Assembly: GCA_002269645.1 (NCBI GenBank)
Contig: NIVC01003448.1
Location: 33,136-97,135, forward strand
Reading direction: 5' to 3'
Origin: Macrostomum lignano
Lineage: Eukaryota
DNA: 64,000 bases
The notes under the pieces were generated by a model. It was not told where the DNA came from. It did no database searches and worked only from the letters and a program-made list of their open reading frames with translations. The position numbers and the translations under genes were made by a program. Each line of letters starts with the position of its first letter. Position 1 is the first letter of the stretch. Shown piece after piece: positions 1 through 12,256 of this stretch.

Positions 1-1329
1 ACAATAAGTAGCTCAGCATTGCAACTATTGCCCTTGAATGAGGCCCCTCTTATTATAATAAATGACTTAAAGAGTCAGTTCAATGCAGCTATCTCATTGT
101 GAATGGACTTTGCAAAAGCAACTGGAGCTACATCCTTCGACCTTTGGTTTGACACTTTTAATAAAGCTAACATTGGCTATATATAGGCATGATATATGAT
201 ATATATTATCATGCTAAATTCCCCCTTTCTTTTCTAGTCACACTCCTCAGCAGACTTCTCTTTTCTTATATGCCTCATTCACATTGTCAAATCTTATTTT
301 GAATCAAATCCTATATGACATAAAAGTCTATTTCAAATTAGATCCATTTTGATAGTTCAAAATGGTTAGCTCATATCAATGGCTAATTAAATATCAATGG
401 ATCAATTTCTAATCTCCTTTCTTTTTCTTAATGATTCCAGTTCTGATCAGATCCTATTTCTCATCTGACCTCTTTTCTTAGTAATCCATTTTGTATCATT
501 CTTCATTATAAATGCATGCCTGACAATTTATCTTTTAAAATAGAATAAGGCAGGTACCAGGTGTGCAGATTCATGAATCATGGGACTGGTCTTTGTCCAC
601 TGAAACATTTTTTGTATTTCTTCAATTGCAAAACACATTGAAAACAACAAAACAACAACAATTGAGTGAGCATCTGGCAAAATTATTATTATACAAATAC
701 ATATCATTATGACATTATAAGAAAACAAACTCCAAATGTAGAGAATTCAGCGATTTTCCTCTTTCGTTTGTTAAATTATTTTTTCGACAGAAACAAGTTG
801 TGACTACTGAGTAATGTCAGAAAACGACAGTAATGGGACAGTAATGGGATTCAGTTCAATGAAAAAAGAAAAAATTGCATTGCACCTAAAAATATTACCC
901 ACAAACAGTAAACATGATGCACTTGCAGAAGGCTCCGCCAACAAGACAGTATCATTGCACAGTTCATTGCATTTGACTGCAAGAATAATGGTGTCAATCC
1001 TACTGCTTGTTGGCTTGCTTTACTCTGCACTGCTGGTCAGAGGCATTCACTGGGGCAAGTTAAGTTCACGCACTCAACGTCACACAAAAAGCTTAGCTAT
1101 CACAAGTCTCTAGGTTTGCTGAAGCTGCTTCAAACCTCTCTCTCATGGCTGCATACCCTCAGTTTTAGAGTGGAAGAACCTCTGAATCGTGAAAAAGCAG
1201 CGAACACGTTATTTCAACCACAATCTCAAGGCCCATTGATATGCAGCCAACCTGCTATATATTCACCTAATATTTACCTACATTAATTTCACTATTACTT
1301 ATTAACTTTCATGGCACAACTAAATTGGG

Positions 1330-1600
1330 ATCCGATTGTATCCGATCCTATTCTGGTTTGCCTTGATCCCAATCTAGTTATGCAATGATCTCAATCTAGT
1401 TATGAAAGGATCTCAATTTTGTTATGCAATAATCCCATTTTAGTTACGCCAAATGATCCCAATTACGCTAAGCAATGATCTTAGTTCTGTTATGCAATGA
1501 ACCCAATTAGGCTAAGCAATGATCTCACTTCTGTTATGCCACAAACACAATTTAGCTAAGCAATGATCTCACTTCTGTTATGCCACAAACACAATTTAGC
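1330..1600. repeat. Degenerate tandem repeat (TTATGCAATGATCTCA-like)
   Basis: Recurring gttatgcaatgatc / ctaagcaatgatctcacttctgttatgcc units. Confidence 0.7.
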
Positions 1601-1604
1601 TTAC

Positions 1605-1897
1605 AAAATCTGCAGACACACGCCATGACGCTGTTGGCGCGGGTTCCATTCACTACGACAGGCAGGAGCTGGCGGAAGTCACCGGAACACACCAGAGTGA
1701 CTCCTCCAAATGGCTTGTCCTGCTTCCGAACGTCTCGCAGACACCTGTCCACGGATTCCAGATCCTTTCGATTGGTCATGGAGATCTCGTCCCAGACAAT
1801 CAGCCGAACTCTACGAAACACTTCCGCTTGCTTGGACTGCGCGCCAACAGCGCAGACATCCTTGTTGGATCGGAGCAGCCGGACTGGGATCTTGAAC
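1605..1897 (-). CDS. Helitron RepHel exon: Pif1 helicase motifs II-III (last exon detected)
   Basis: TFKIPV, LIVWDEISM, PFGGVTLVCSGDFRQLLPVV. Acceptor CTCTAG|G. Later helicase motifs not seen at 1-1600. Confidence 0.85.
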
Positions 1898-1980
1898 CTA
1901 GAGTGAAGTTGTCATAGGTAGAATCGATTAGAAACGCGACTCTAAAATTCAGAAGCATTCCCCTAATCTAAAAAACTTAC

Positions 1981-3002
1981 GTGGAATGCGCAGTCTGTCC
2001 GCCTGGCAGCAGAGTCGCTGCGATTCCAGACGCCGCAACTGCCAGGGCGAGTTCACCGCGGCTGCGCACAAAGGCCAGCAAAACCTCCAGCAGGAAGGTC
2101 TTGCCAGTGCCAGCGGGCGCGTCCAGGAAGTGCAAACCGCCCGAGCCGGCCACAAGATCCGCAGTCACCGACTCGTACACCGCAATCTGCTCCTCCGTCA
2201 GCATTGACAGTCTCGCTTCCCGGATCTCGGCCTGTTCAACCGGGTCGAACTGCATCGGTCCGACTTGAAGCGGCACGGAGGCCGCAGGCAAGCCGTACTC
2301 GGGCAGGCTGTGACCGCCCATGGAGGTCAGCATGCTCTGCAGCTCGCGCAGCGCCAGGTCGGTGATTTCCTCAGCGCTCAGATCTCGGTGGTGAAACCGC
2401 AGGTCCTCGCACAGATCCTCGGCGAATGTGCACCACAGATCGCTGCCATCCTCAGGGTTGCCCCAAATCAGAATGACAGCCAGCAGGTGCCTGAGAGCTC
2501 TCGGCATTCGCGACTGGACTGCCTCGGCTAGGCAGCGCCGCCAGTGGTCGTCTCGTTGCAGCAGACCCAGGGCCGTGCAAGCAGCCTTGGCGCTGGGACA
2601 CAGCACTCCGTCCACAGTGTGCAGCGCCTCGAAGCTGGTTGGCCCTCTAACCTGCAGGAGGAGCATTCGCATATAAAACAGATCCCCTGCTCTCGGACTC
2701 ACCGTGTACATTCGGGCAATGTTCGTGTTGTGCACAACACCAGGGTGGCCCTCAACTCTCGAACCCTTCTTGGCGCGGCGCCACTCCCTCTCGCTGTGGT
2801 GCCACACGAAGTAGGACGGCACCTCGGTGTACACCAGGCCTCTAGCGAATTCATCAGTGCGGCACAGCTTGAAGAAAGCCGTCAGCGTCGAATCTCTGGG
2901 CGCCCTGGCCTTTGTGCTCGCATTTTGCTCGTTGAAATACACGAGCTGCTCGTTAGACTTGTGCACGCACAATCGGATCACAGCCGGAAATCTGTTGTGC
3001 AC
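1981..3002 (-). CDS. Helitron RepHel exon: linker and Pif1 helicase motif I
   Basis: RMYTVSPRAGDLFYMRMLL, PTSFEAL, FLDAPAGTGKTFL, ATLLPGGQTAHS. Donor AC|GTAAGT. Confidence 0.9.
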
Positions 3003-3085
3003 CTGTTGTGTTTTAGTTTAAAAACCATATCATTATTTTCCCATTCTTTGCTCCTAGCACTGCCTTGCAAACATCTATGACTTAC

Positions 3086-3404
3086 TTCAAAGCCCAAGAT
3101 GGTATTCACGGCTTCCATTGGGCCTATGTAGCGCGCCAGCAGATACTCCTTGATCTCATTTCGCCCCTCCTTCTTGGCTTGAGTCGGAGCCTTGCTAGCT
3201 GAACCTTCCTGTCGTTCGCCATCCGCAGCCTGCTCTCCTGGCCCGCTCGGCTTCTTGTTTGCCTCGAACTTGAACGACGCCATGTCGCCGCCTTTTAGCA
3301 AGTACTTGATCACGTACTTGACCGACTTGACGGTGGCACAAACTTCAAAGTTCATGTGGCATTCGAAAAGGAGCAGCAGGCCCGGGTTGTATGGTACAAC
3401 CGAC
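3086..3404 (-). CDS. Helitron RepHel exon: Rep motif 3 (catalytic tyrosines)
   Basis: VVPYNPGLLLLFECHMNFEVCATVKSVKYVIKYLLKGGD. Acceptor TACAG|G; donor GAA|GTAAGT. Confidence 0.9.
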
Positions 3405-3599
3405 CTGTATTTGTGCCAGGAAAAGAATTGCTAATTAATGATTTATGTATTCTAGCAATGGTAAATTAAACTTACAGTAAATAAACAATTTAGCAATATA
3501 AATAAACTAAACACAAGGCTAAACTAAGTACTTTGCTTTCGTATTAAAGAATCAACCTTTCAATCAAGTCTGAAAAAACACCAACACCTCCTCACTCAC

Positions 3600-3942
3600 C
3601 TGTTGTCCATGCGAATGCTGCGGCCTTTGAATAGTTTGTCCACCGTAAATCCGCCCATCTCAGGGGACAGCCTGCGATACAATGGGTAGCCAGTATCGCT
3701 GGTTAGGGTCGCCTGCTGGAACTCCTTCGGGAAGCCCTTGCTGCACTGGCCGTCCACCATGCACGGGCAGGCTGGATTTACCACGCCGCAGGGGCCATGG
3801 ATCATGTGAGTCTTCACCAGCTCGTGCAGCCTCGGCTGCTGCTGTGGGTCCGGGATCTCAGCGGACACGATTTTGTCGTAGCGGTCCGGAGTCACTCTCT
3901 GTCCACTGACCAGCCAGAGCAGAAAGTGCACATGGGGGAGAC
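3600..3942 (-). CDS. Helitron RepHel exon: HUH motif 2
   Basis: GLPHVHFLLW, MIHGPCG, CMVDGQCSKGFPK, GYPLYRR. Acceptor CACAG|GT and donor AG|GTGAGT in matching phase. Confidence 0.9.
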
Positions 3943-4199
3943 CTGTGGAAGACATAAACAAGTGATTCAAAGCGACGTATGAGTGATCACAATTTAGTCA
4001 TGTAAATTAATTAAAATTCTAAACCAGCGTTTGCATCGTAGAGAAAGCGGAGTTTGAATCATGGAGAAACTGGAGTTTGAATCATGGCTAAACCAGAGCT
4101 TAATTCCGGTTTGCAATGACCCCTTGCATAAAAATATGGATTGCTAAACCTGGAATGCAATTACAGAATGAAAATTGAAAGCGCAATTTGCTAACTTAC

Positions 4200-4998
4200 C
4201 GCGCTTCTGATATTCCAGAGAGCAAACATGCGCGGCCTCCTTTCCAAAGCGCTTCCTCAGCTCGGCAAGCAGAGCCTTCTTCTTCAGCTCGAAAACACGC
4301 GTGACAATATCCGGCCGGTCCTCAGGTCGCTGTCCAGGCAGCAGCTGTGCACTGATTTCCGGCCACTTAGGGTTGCACGTCGCCGTGACAAACAGGTCCG
4401 GCTTGCCAAACTTTTGTACATAGGTCATGGCGTCTTGCAGCCTCTCCATCAGGTACCTTGGCCCGCCAACGAAGCTGGAGGACAGGAACACGTGCGCAGG
4501 CTTGCCAATATCAGTCGGATTTGTGTCGGTCGACCTGCCATCAGCAGCGAATAGAGCGTCTCGCAGACCGCTGTACGTCTCACTGCGCAGATCGCTCTGA
4601 TGGGTCCGCAGATAGAGCAGCCTCTCTGACTCAATCTTGGCGCACATGTCCACCAGGTACTGCTGGAACAGCCGCCGTCCGTGGTGCAGCAGGCTGCTAT
4701 GGCCCGCTCGCACCATGATTTCGCTGGCATAGTACTTCATCGGCGTCAGCTTGCGGCCATTGCTCATGCGCAGCTCCGGGTGCCAGCCGTCCTCGCCATG
4801 GGGGAACAGCAACACGTACTCCAGTGCATCATACGATCGGTGCGTTTTGCTAATCCTCTTGTAGCCGCCACCCCGCAGTTGAATGACAACATCTCGGCTA
4901 GTTGCTGGCTCATCACCGTCTTCAGGGGCCTCAGTGTCCTCAGTGTCCTTAACAATGAGGATGCCGACCTCGTTTGCCGTGGGCAAATTGTAGCGCCT
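4200..4998 (-). CDS. Helitron RepHel exon: Helitron N-terminal region and Rep motif 1
   Basis: RRYNLPTANEVG, YDALEYVLLFPHGEDGW, LFQQYLVD, FGKPDLFVTATCNPKWPEI, EYQKR. Donor G|GTAAGT at 4200. Link to the OTU exon unresolved. Confidence 0.9.
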
Positions 4999-5018
4999 GA
5001 TTTTGAACGGTAGTCAAC

Positions 5019-5499
5019 TCAGGGATGCTGAGGGAACTCAGCATCTGTAAAGGCTTGCAAAAGCTCTCGAAGTCTCAGTGACTCGTAATGTTCATGGCGC
5101 AAAAGCACACGCACAATGGCATTAGGAGGGCGCAAATTAGCCCTGAAATATTGCATCACACTACCATTGGCCTGGTAAATGACCAGATCCACATCAAAGC
5201 AGCGGCTCAACAAAGAGGCAACTTCATCTGAAACATAAATTCCTGCTTGAAAAGAGGAATTCACGATCTCATCAGCAATCTCAGGTGCAATGAGGCCATC
5301 TGCAATCAGCTGTGGCATGAGTTCTGCAACACGGCAAGACAAGTCCTGCCGCAGGGAGGCTGCGTCAGTTTCCAGCGGGGTTCCACGCAGCTGATCACAC
5401 ACAGCATAAAAAAAGCAATTGCCATCACCAACAATGGGGATTACCTGCAACTGCTCAAAGGGTACTATAGTTTCTGTACCTTGCTGCTGGGTGTCCGAC
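5019..5499 (-). CDS. Helitron exon: OTU-like cysteine protease domain
   Basis: IVGDGNCFFYAVCDQL and RHEHYESL (Cys and His boxes). Acceptor CCCCTTAG|G at 5499 matches the phase-2 donor of exon 1. Frame stops at 5019. Confidence 0.8.
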
Positions 5500-5686
5500 C
5501 TAAGGGGCAATGGGTGAACGTAAGCACAGCAGCCTTAATTGGCTTTTTAAGACAATTCATTCCTCAAAAATCGTTATCCGCTTAATTTATACAGAATAAA
5601 ATAGATACTACAAATTATCCCCTTCAAGGCAATTCAGAAAAAAACAAAAATAAAGACTTGTTATAAAAAGTTACTATACAACTCAC

Positions 5687-6096
5687 CTAGAAACCACAGC
5701 TCCACGGCAACGAATCCGATCGGCTTCCAGTCGGGCAGCCCACTCTGCCTCAGTCTCAGCCTCTCTGCGCTGAGCGTCCCGCTGCCGCTGTTCTTCCAGT
5801 CGGGCAGCCCACTCTGCCTCAGTCTCAGCATCTCTGCGCTGAGCATTCCGCTGCCGCTGTTCTTCCAGTCGGGCAGCTCGCTCTGCCTCAGTCTCAGCAT
5901 GTCTGCGCTGAGCATCCCGCTGCCGCTGTTCTTCCAGTCGGGCATCCCGCTCTGCCTCAGTCTCAGCATGTCTGCGCTGAGCATCCCGCTGCCGCTGTTC
6001 TTCCAGTCGGGCATCCCGCTCTGCCTCGGATTCTGCCTGTCGCCGTCGCTTGGCATCGCGGCTCTTCTTTAAACTGCTGGCGCCGCGTCGAACCAT
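5687..6096 (-). CDS. Helitron RepHel exon 1: 23-aa STPR-like repeats (4 full, 1 partial)
   Basis: Unit ETEAERDARLEEQRQRDAQRRHA resembles the 23-aa STPR DNA-binding repeat. ATG at 6096; donor AG|GTGAGT after 5687. Confidence 0.7.
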
Positions 6097-6594
6097 GATT
6101 GAGAAATGAGAAGTGAAATGAAATTAGTTCAGAAAGAATGATATGGTTTGAAAGATGAAAGTTTGTGAATTTGGATGTCTGAAGAATCAGATAAGGTGCC
6201 CTTGAGCCAAACTATTACAGGCTATTTATCATCCAGTGGGCTGAATTGGAGCTTATCTTAAGACGCAGGGTAGAAACTGAAAAATCGATAAAGAAGAAAG
6301 GGGTCTAAATCTAAAAACCTATGATTTGGGGTGTGGGCTCTCCAGGCCCGTGTGTCCAAATTCCGGGGCAGAGGGCTCACAATGTACACTGGTCTGCGCC
6401 AGCCAGTGAAAAAAACTGTGAATGTAATCTATTTATGACTGTCTCGCCAGTGGGGTTGATACAGCTATGTACTTTTGACATAGTGAAATTCTTATCAGAG
6501 TTACCAGTATCACTGATATCAGTGATATCATCAATATCAGTGATAATCAGTATCACTTTTAACAAAACTGGTTTTGCAATGATTCAAACTCTGG

Positions 6595-6900
6595 TTTAGC
6601 CATGATTCAAACTCTGGTTTAGCCATGAGTCAGACTCTCGTTTAGCCATGATTCAAACTCTGGTTTTGCCATGATTCAAACTTTGGTTTAGCCATGATTC
6701 AAACTCTGGTTTAGTCATGATTCAAACGATGGTTTAGCCATGACTTAAACTCTGGTTTAGCCATGATTCAAACAATGGTTTAGCCATGATTCAAACACTG
6801 GTTTTAGCCATGATTCAGACTCTGGTTTAGCCATGATTCAGACTCTGGTTTAGCCATGATTTAAACTCTGGTTTAGTCTGATTCAAGCTCTATTTTTGCA
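6595..6900 (+). repeat. 23-bp minisatellite TTAGCCATGATTCAAACTCTGGT
   Basis: About 13 tandem units. Inverted units of the same sequence at ~4050-4100 in a RepHel intron. Confidence 0.9.
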
Positions 6901-7709
6901 ATGATTCAAAGTCAGATAATATTTTATTTACGAAGTGAATGAAAAAAATAAATTTAAATAATCTTCAATCACTACTGGCTGAAATTTGACGCAGTGCAGA
7001 ATCGAACCCTAGCCGAGCCTATAACCAATTCCTAGTGCCTACACATCGGCTATCGGCTAGTCTGTTCGCATCTTTCTTGGCTATCTCTTTTCAATTGGAG
7101 AACATGAATTGTGGCCCTTATAATTCAATTCTTACAGCAAGTCAATTGGAGTAAAAAATTATGACATAATCAATTTCTCAGTCAGCCAGAATCAGTCTCA
7201 ATTTAAGTTGGCAATATGGTTACGCAATTTCATTCAAGTTTTGTGTGCATTTGTTCGGCACTGTTTTCAACTTGTTGTGATGCAATCTTTATCACAATCG
7301 GAATTCAGTCAGTCAGTTTTTTCTCTAGCATTCTTACAATGCATTTCAGGTCGAAAGAGCTGCTTGACCTTTGCAAAAAATCATGTTTTTCGAATATTTA
7401 ATCCCTTTAACATTGAGCAATTTCTTAGCCAATATGCATGTACCGTCCCGGGAAAATTTCTGATCGAATGGTGCAAGTTTGAAGAAAATCGGTTGAGCCG
7501 TTCGGGAGAAAATCAATTACAAGCAAGCAACCAAGCATTTCATTTTTAGTATATAGGACTAGCAATCTTCGCCCCCCGATGGGGGGCATCTAGATAGAAT
7601 CTCTGGCACTCTACAAGTATCAAAAAGACGGCCAAATAAAGCCTTCACATAGACAATAGAAAAACTGCTCAAATGAAGTGCAATGCAAAAAAATATCCCA
7701 GGACAGCAA

Positions 7710-8605
7710 GCAACCCCCCAGATAGCAAGCACCCCCAGATAGCAAGCATCCACCTAATAGCAAGCACCCTTAGATAGCAAGCATCCCCAGATAGCAAGCA
7801 CCCTTGGATAGCAAGGCAAGCATCTCCAGATAGCAAGCACCCCCAGATAGCAGGCACCCCAGATAGCAAGCATCCACCTAATAGCAAGCACCCCAAGATA
7901 GCAAGCATCCACCTAATAGCAAGCACCCTTAGATAGCAAGCACCCCCAGATAGCAAGCACCCCCAGATAGCAAGCACCCCAAGTAGCAAGCATCTCTAGA
8001 TAGCAAGCACCCCCAGATAGCAGGCACCCCAGATAGCAAGCATCTCCAGATAGCAAGCACCCCCAGATAGCAAGCATCCACCTAATAGCAAGCACCCCCA
8101 GATAGCAAGCATCCACCTAATAGCAAGCACCCCCAGATAGCAAGCACCCCAGATAGCAAGCACCCCCAGATAGCAAGCATCTCTAGATAGCAAGCACCCC
8201 CAGATAGCAGGCACCCCAGATAGCAAGCATCCACCTAATAGCAAGCACCCCCAGATAGCAAGCATCCACCTAATAGCAAGCACCCCCAGATAGCAAGCAC
8301 CCCCAGATAGCAAGAACCCCCAGATAGCAGGCACCCCAGATAGCAAGCATCCACCTAATAGCAAGCACCCCCAGATAGCAAGCACCCCCAGATAGCAAGC
8401 ACCCCCAGATAGCAAGCACCCCCAGATAGCACGCATCTCCAGATAGCAAGCACTCCAAGATAGCAGGCACCCCAGATAGCAAGCATCCACCTAATAGCAA
8501 GCACCCCAGATAGCTAGAACCCCCAAGATAGCAAGCATCCCCCAGATAGCAAGCACCCCCAGATAGCACGCATCTCCAGATAGCAAGCACTCCAAGATAG
8601 TAGGC
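7710..8605 (+). repeat. 17-20-bp minisatellite ATAGCAAGCACCCCCAG
   Basis: Tandem array inside the non-autonomous Helitron; remnant units at ~15820-15860. Confidence 0.95.
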
Positions 8606-8609
8606 ACCC

Positions 8610-10310
8610 CATTTATGTTTGACATGGTAGCTGTTTTGTGTCTGACATGGTGGCTCTTTAATGTTTGAGCTGGTGGCTCTTTTATGTTTGACATGGTGGC
8701 ACTTTAATGTCTGAAATGGAGTCATGTATACGCTTGACATGGTGACTCGTAGATGTTTGACAAAGTGGCTCTTTTATGTTCGACATGTGGCTCTTTAATG
8801 TTTGACATGGTGGCTCTTTAATGTTTGACATGGTGGCTCTTTAATGTTTGACATGGTGGGTCTTTAATTTATGACATGGTGGCTCTTTTATGTTTGACAT
8901 GATGGCTCTTTAATGTTCGACATGGTGGCTGTTTAATGTTTGTTATGTAGTCATATGTATATGTTTTACATGGTGGCTCTTTTATGTGTGACATGGAGTC
9001 ACGTATATATTTGACATGGAGTCACATATGTTTGACATGGTGGCTCTTTAGTGTTCGATATGGTGGCTCTTTAATGTTTGACATGGTGGCTCTTTTATGT
9101 TTGACATAGTGGCTCTTTAATGTCTGACATGGTGGCTCTTTAATGTTTGACATGGTGGCTCTTTTATGTTTGACATGATGGCTCTTTAATGTTCGACATG
9201 GTGGGCTGTTTAATGTTTGTTATGTAGTCATATGTATATGTTTTACATGGTGGCCCTTTTATGTGTGACATGGAGGCACGTATATATTCGACATGGAGTC
9301 ACATATGTTTGACATGGTGGCTCTTTAGTGTTCGATATGGTGGCTCTTTAATGTTTGACATGGTGGCTCTTTAATGTCTGACATGGTGGCTCTTTAATGT
9401 TTGACATGGTGGCTCTTTTATGTTCGACATGTTGGCTCTTTAGTGTTTGACATGGCTCTTTAATGTTTGACATGGTGGCTCTTTTATGCTTGACATGGTG
9501 GCTCTTTAATGTTCGACATGGTGGCTCTTTAATGTTTGACATGGTGGCTCTTTTATGCTTGACATGGTGGCTCTTTTATGTTCGACATGGTGGCTCTTTT
9601 TGTTCTACATGGTAACTCTTTTATGTTTGATACGGTGGCTTTTTAATATCTGACATTGTGGCTCTTCTATGTTTGACATTGTGGCTCTTTTATGTTTGAC
9701 ATGGTGGCTCTTTAATGTTTGACATGGTGGCTCTTTAATGTACGACATAAAGGTTCGTTTATGTTCGACATGGTGGCTCTTTTAGGTTTGACATGGTAGC
9801 TCTTTTATGTTCGACATGGTGGCTCTTTTAGGTTTGACATGGTGGCTCTTTTAGGTTTGACATGGTAGCTCTTTTATGTTCGACATGGTGGCTCTTAAAT
9901 GTTTCACATGATGGCTCTTAAATGTCTTACATGGTGGCTCTTTTATGTTTGACAATGTGGCTCTTTAATGTTTTACATGGCGGCTCTTTTATGTTCGAAA
10001 TGGTGGCTCTTTAATGTTCGACATGGTGGCTCTTTAATGTTTGACATGCTAGCTCTTTAATGTTCGACATAGTGGCTCTTTTATGTTTGGCATGGTGGCT
10101 CTTTAATGTTCTTCATGGTGGCTCTTTTACGTTTGACATGGTGGCACTTTAATGTTCGACGTGGTGGCTCTTTAATGTTTGAAATGGTGACTCTTTAATG
10201 TTTCACATGGTGGCTCTTTAATGTTTGACATAGAGTCACGTATTTGTTTTACATGGTGCCCATGTAATGTTTGACATGGTGCCTCTTTTATGTTTGACAT
10301 TGTGCTTTTT
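8610..10310 (+). repeat. ~22-bp minisatellite TGTTTGACATGGTGGCTCTTT(T/A)A
   Basis: 1.7-kb degenerate tandem array inside the non-autonomous Helitron. Confidence 0.95.
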
Positions 10311-11708
10311 TATGTTTAGCAGTTTCGTGTTTTCAAGGTGTTTTATAAAAAAATTATTTTGCACTACTAAGATTCGAACCCAGGTCGCTACGTTGGCAGT
10401 CCAGTCTGTTCGTATCTAGGCTATCTCTTTTCAATTGGAGTACATGAATTGTGGCCCTTATAATTAAATTCTTACAGCAAGTCAATTGGGGTAAAAAGTT
10501 ATGACATAATCAATTTCTCAGTCAGCCAGTATCAGTCTCAGTTCAAGTTAGCAATATTGGTTACGCAATTTTAATCAAGTCGTGTGTGCATTTCTTCGGC
10601 ACTGTTTTCAACTTGTTGTGATGCAATCTTTATGACAATCAGAATTCAGCCAGTCAGTTTTTTTCTCTAGCATTCTTACAATGAATTTTAGGTCGAAAGA
10701 GCTGCTTGACCTTTGCAAAAAAGCATGTTTTTCGAATATTTAATCCCTTTATCATTGAGCAATTTTTTAGCCAAGATGCATGTACCGTCCCAGGAAAATT
10801 TCTGATCGAATGGTGCAAGTTTGAAGAAAATCGGTTGAGCCATTTTTTCTGAAATCTATCGCATACCTACCCACATACAGACAACTCATTTTTAGTATAT
10901 AGGATGATGAAGTTTTTAAGAAAATGTGCTTTTTCATTGATTTCCATAAACTATTTTTGCTTCGTTCTTATTGGGCGCCCCGATTTGAGTGCAGTATAAC
11001 AACTTTGTTGAATTATTGTTGAATAAGTATACAGAAGGGTACCAGTAAAGTAGAATAACACGCATTTACACATGCATATACTAGTCTAGAACTGATTTGA
11101 GTTTATACATCAAGATCAACAGCTTCTTAGTATCCTCAGTTCAAATTCCCTTTTAATAAGCTATAAACTATTCACGCACAGCATATATATGTAGCAGATA
11201 GGGCAGCTAGTAAAGCAGAGGGGGAAATGGAATAAAACAGAGGACGTGTAGGGTAGCTATCTCGTCAGTGTGCCGTGCGGATAAGCAGAAAATTATTCGC
11301 ACGGCATATGTAGAAGATAGGGCAGCTATCTCCTCAGTGTGCCGTGCGGATAAGCAGAAAATTATTCGCTGATTCGCACGGTACCATTGGAATAAGACAA
11401 ATTATTCCTACGGTACCGTGGGGATAAGCACTGCCTGCAACAATATAGAACAGTTTTGGGTAAATGTCAGGGATATCTATGACGGCATTCCTTCAGTTTA
11501 CAATCATTGAAATTAGTGACAATCCCCATTGGAGAGATAGGGAAGATACAAAATTGTTGTTTATTTCATCAAAATGCAAAAAAACAGTGTAGACAAGCAC
11601 TCCAATCATTTTATTTATCCATCATAACATTAGTTGCATGTTCAAATGAAAAAAGAAGGTAAAGGGGTTATAGTGATCCATTTCACAGTTCCAAGAATCT
11701 AAAGATAA

Positions 11709-12256
11709 CCTATATATCCACTTCGGTTTACGATCATTTAAATGGAAGAGATACATGTAAATGATCGTGAACCGAAGCTAGCGTATGTGTGTAAAGGGGT
11801 TTTGGTGTTTTACAAGCTCTATCTGAAATCGATCACTATCTCAATACATGGCTAGCTTTGGTTCACGATCATTGACATGTATTGCTTACATCTAAATGAT
11901 TGTAAACCGAAGCTGAGGGGGGGTGGCAGCATGCAGAGAATAATAAAACATCAAGTTACTTGGGAGCGCACATTAACTCAAGATGACATTTCAATTGCCA
12001 ACAAGCTACCAATTATTAAATGACTACATATGTCTTTGACACCCCCTCTTAGCTTTGGTACACGATCATTTAAATAGAAGAAATACATGTAAATGATCGT
12101 GAACCAAAGCTAGCCATGTATTGAGATAGTGATCAATTTCAGATAGAGCTTGTAAAACACCAAAACCCCCTTACACACATATGCTAGCTTCGGTTCACGA
12201 TCATTTACATGTATTGCTTCCATTTAAATGATCGTAAACTGAAGTGGATATATAGG
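11709..12256. mobile_element. Foldback/MITE-like element with ~210-bp terminal inverted repeats
   Basis: 11709-11920 is the reverse complement of ~12045-12256 (CCTATATATCCAC...GTGGATATATAGG), with a ~120-bp spacer. No clear TSD. Confidence 0.8.

Larger units (their letters stand above)
1605..7558 (-). mobile_element. Helitron, autonomous type. 5' end at 7558; 3' end and second half of helicase not found in window
   Basis: Minus-strand 5' terminus TCCTATATACTAAAAATG at 7558. Spliced RepHel gene with Rep motifs EYQKRGLPHVHFLLW and KYVIKYLLKG, and Pif1 motifs DAPAGTGKT, WDEISM and GDFRQLLPV. Confidence 0.9.
7559..10904 (-). mobile_element. Non-autonomous Helitron, complete, filled with satellites
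   Basis: 5' TCCTATATACTAAAAATG at 10904 preceded by A. 3' hairpin GCCCCCC-ATC-GGGGGGC then 8 nt then CTAG at 7562-7559. About 500 bp of 5' sequence (10400-10904) shared with 7060-7558. Confidence 0.85.

Noticed and set aside
1110-1136. Helitron 3' end (CTAG near a small hairpin)
   Set aside because: The flanking base does not fit the A|T target rule, the hairpin has a 1-nt loop, and the helicase C-terminal exons are missing between here and 1605.
7669-9542. Cys/Leu-rich ORFs
   Set aside because: Translations of minisatellites.
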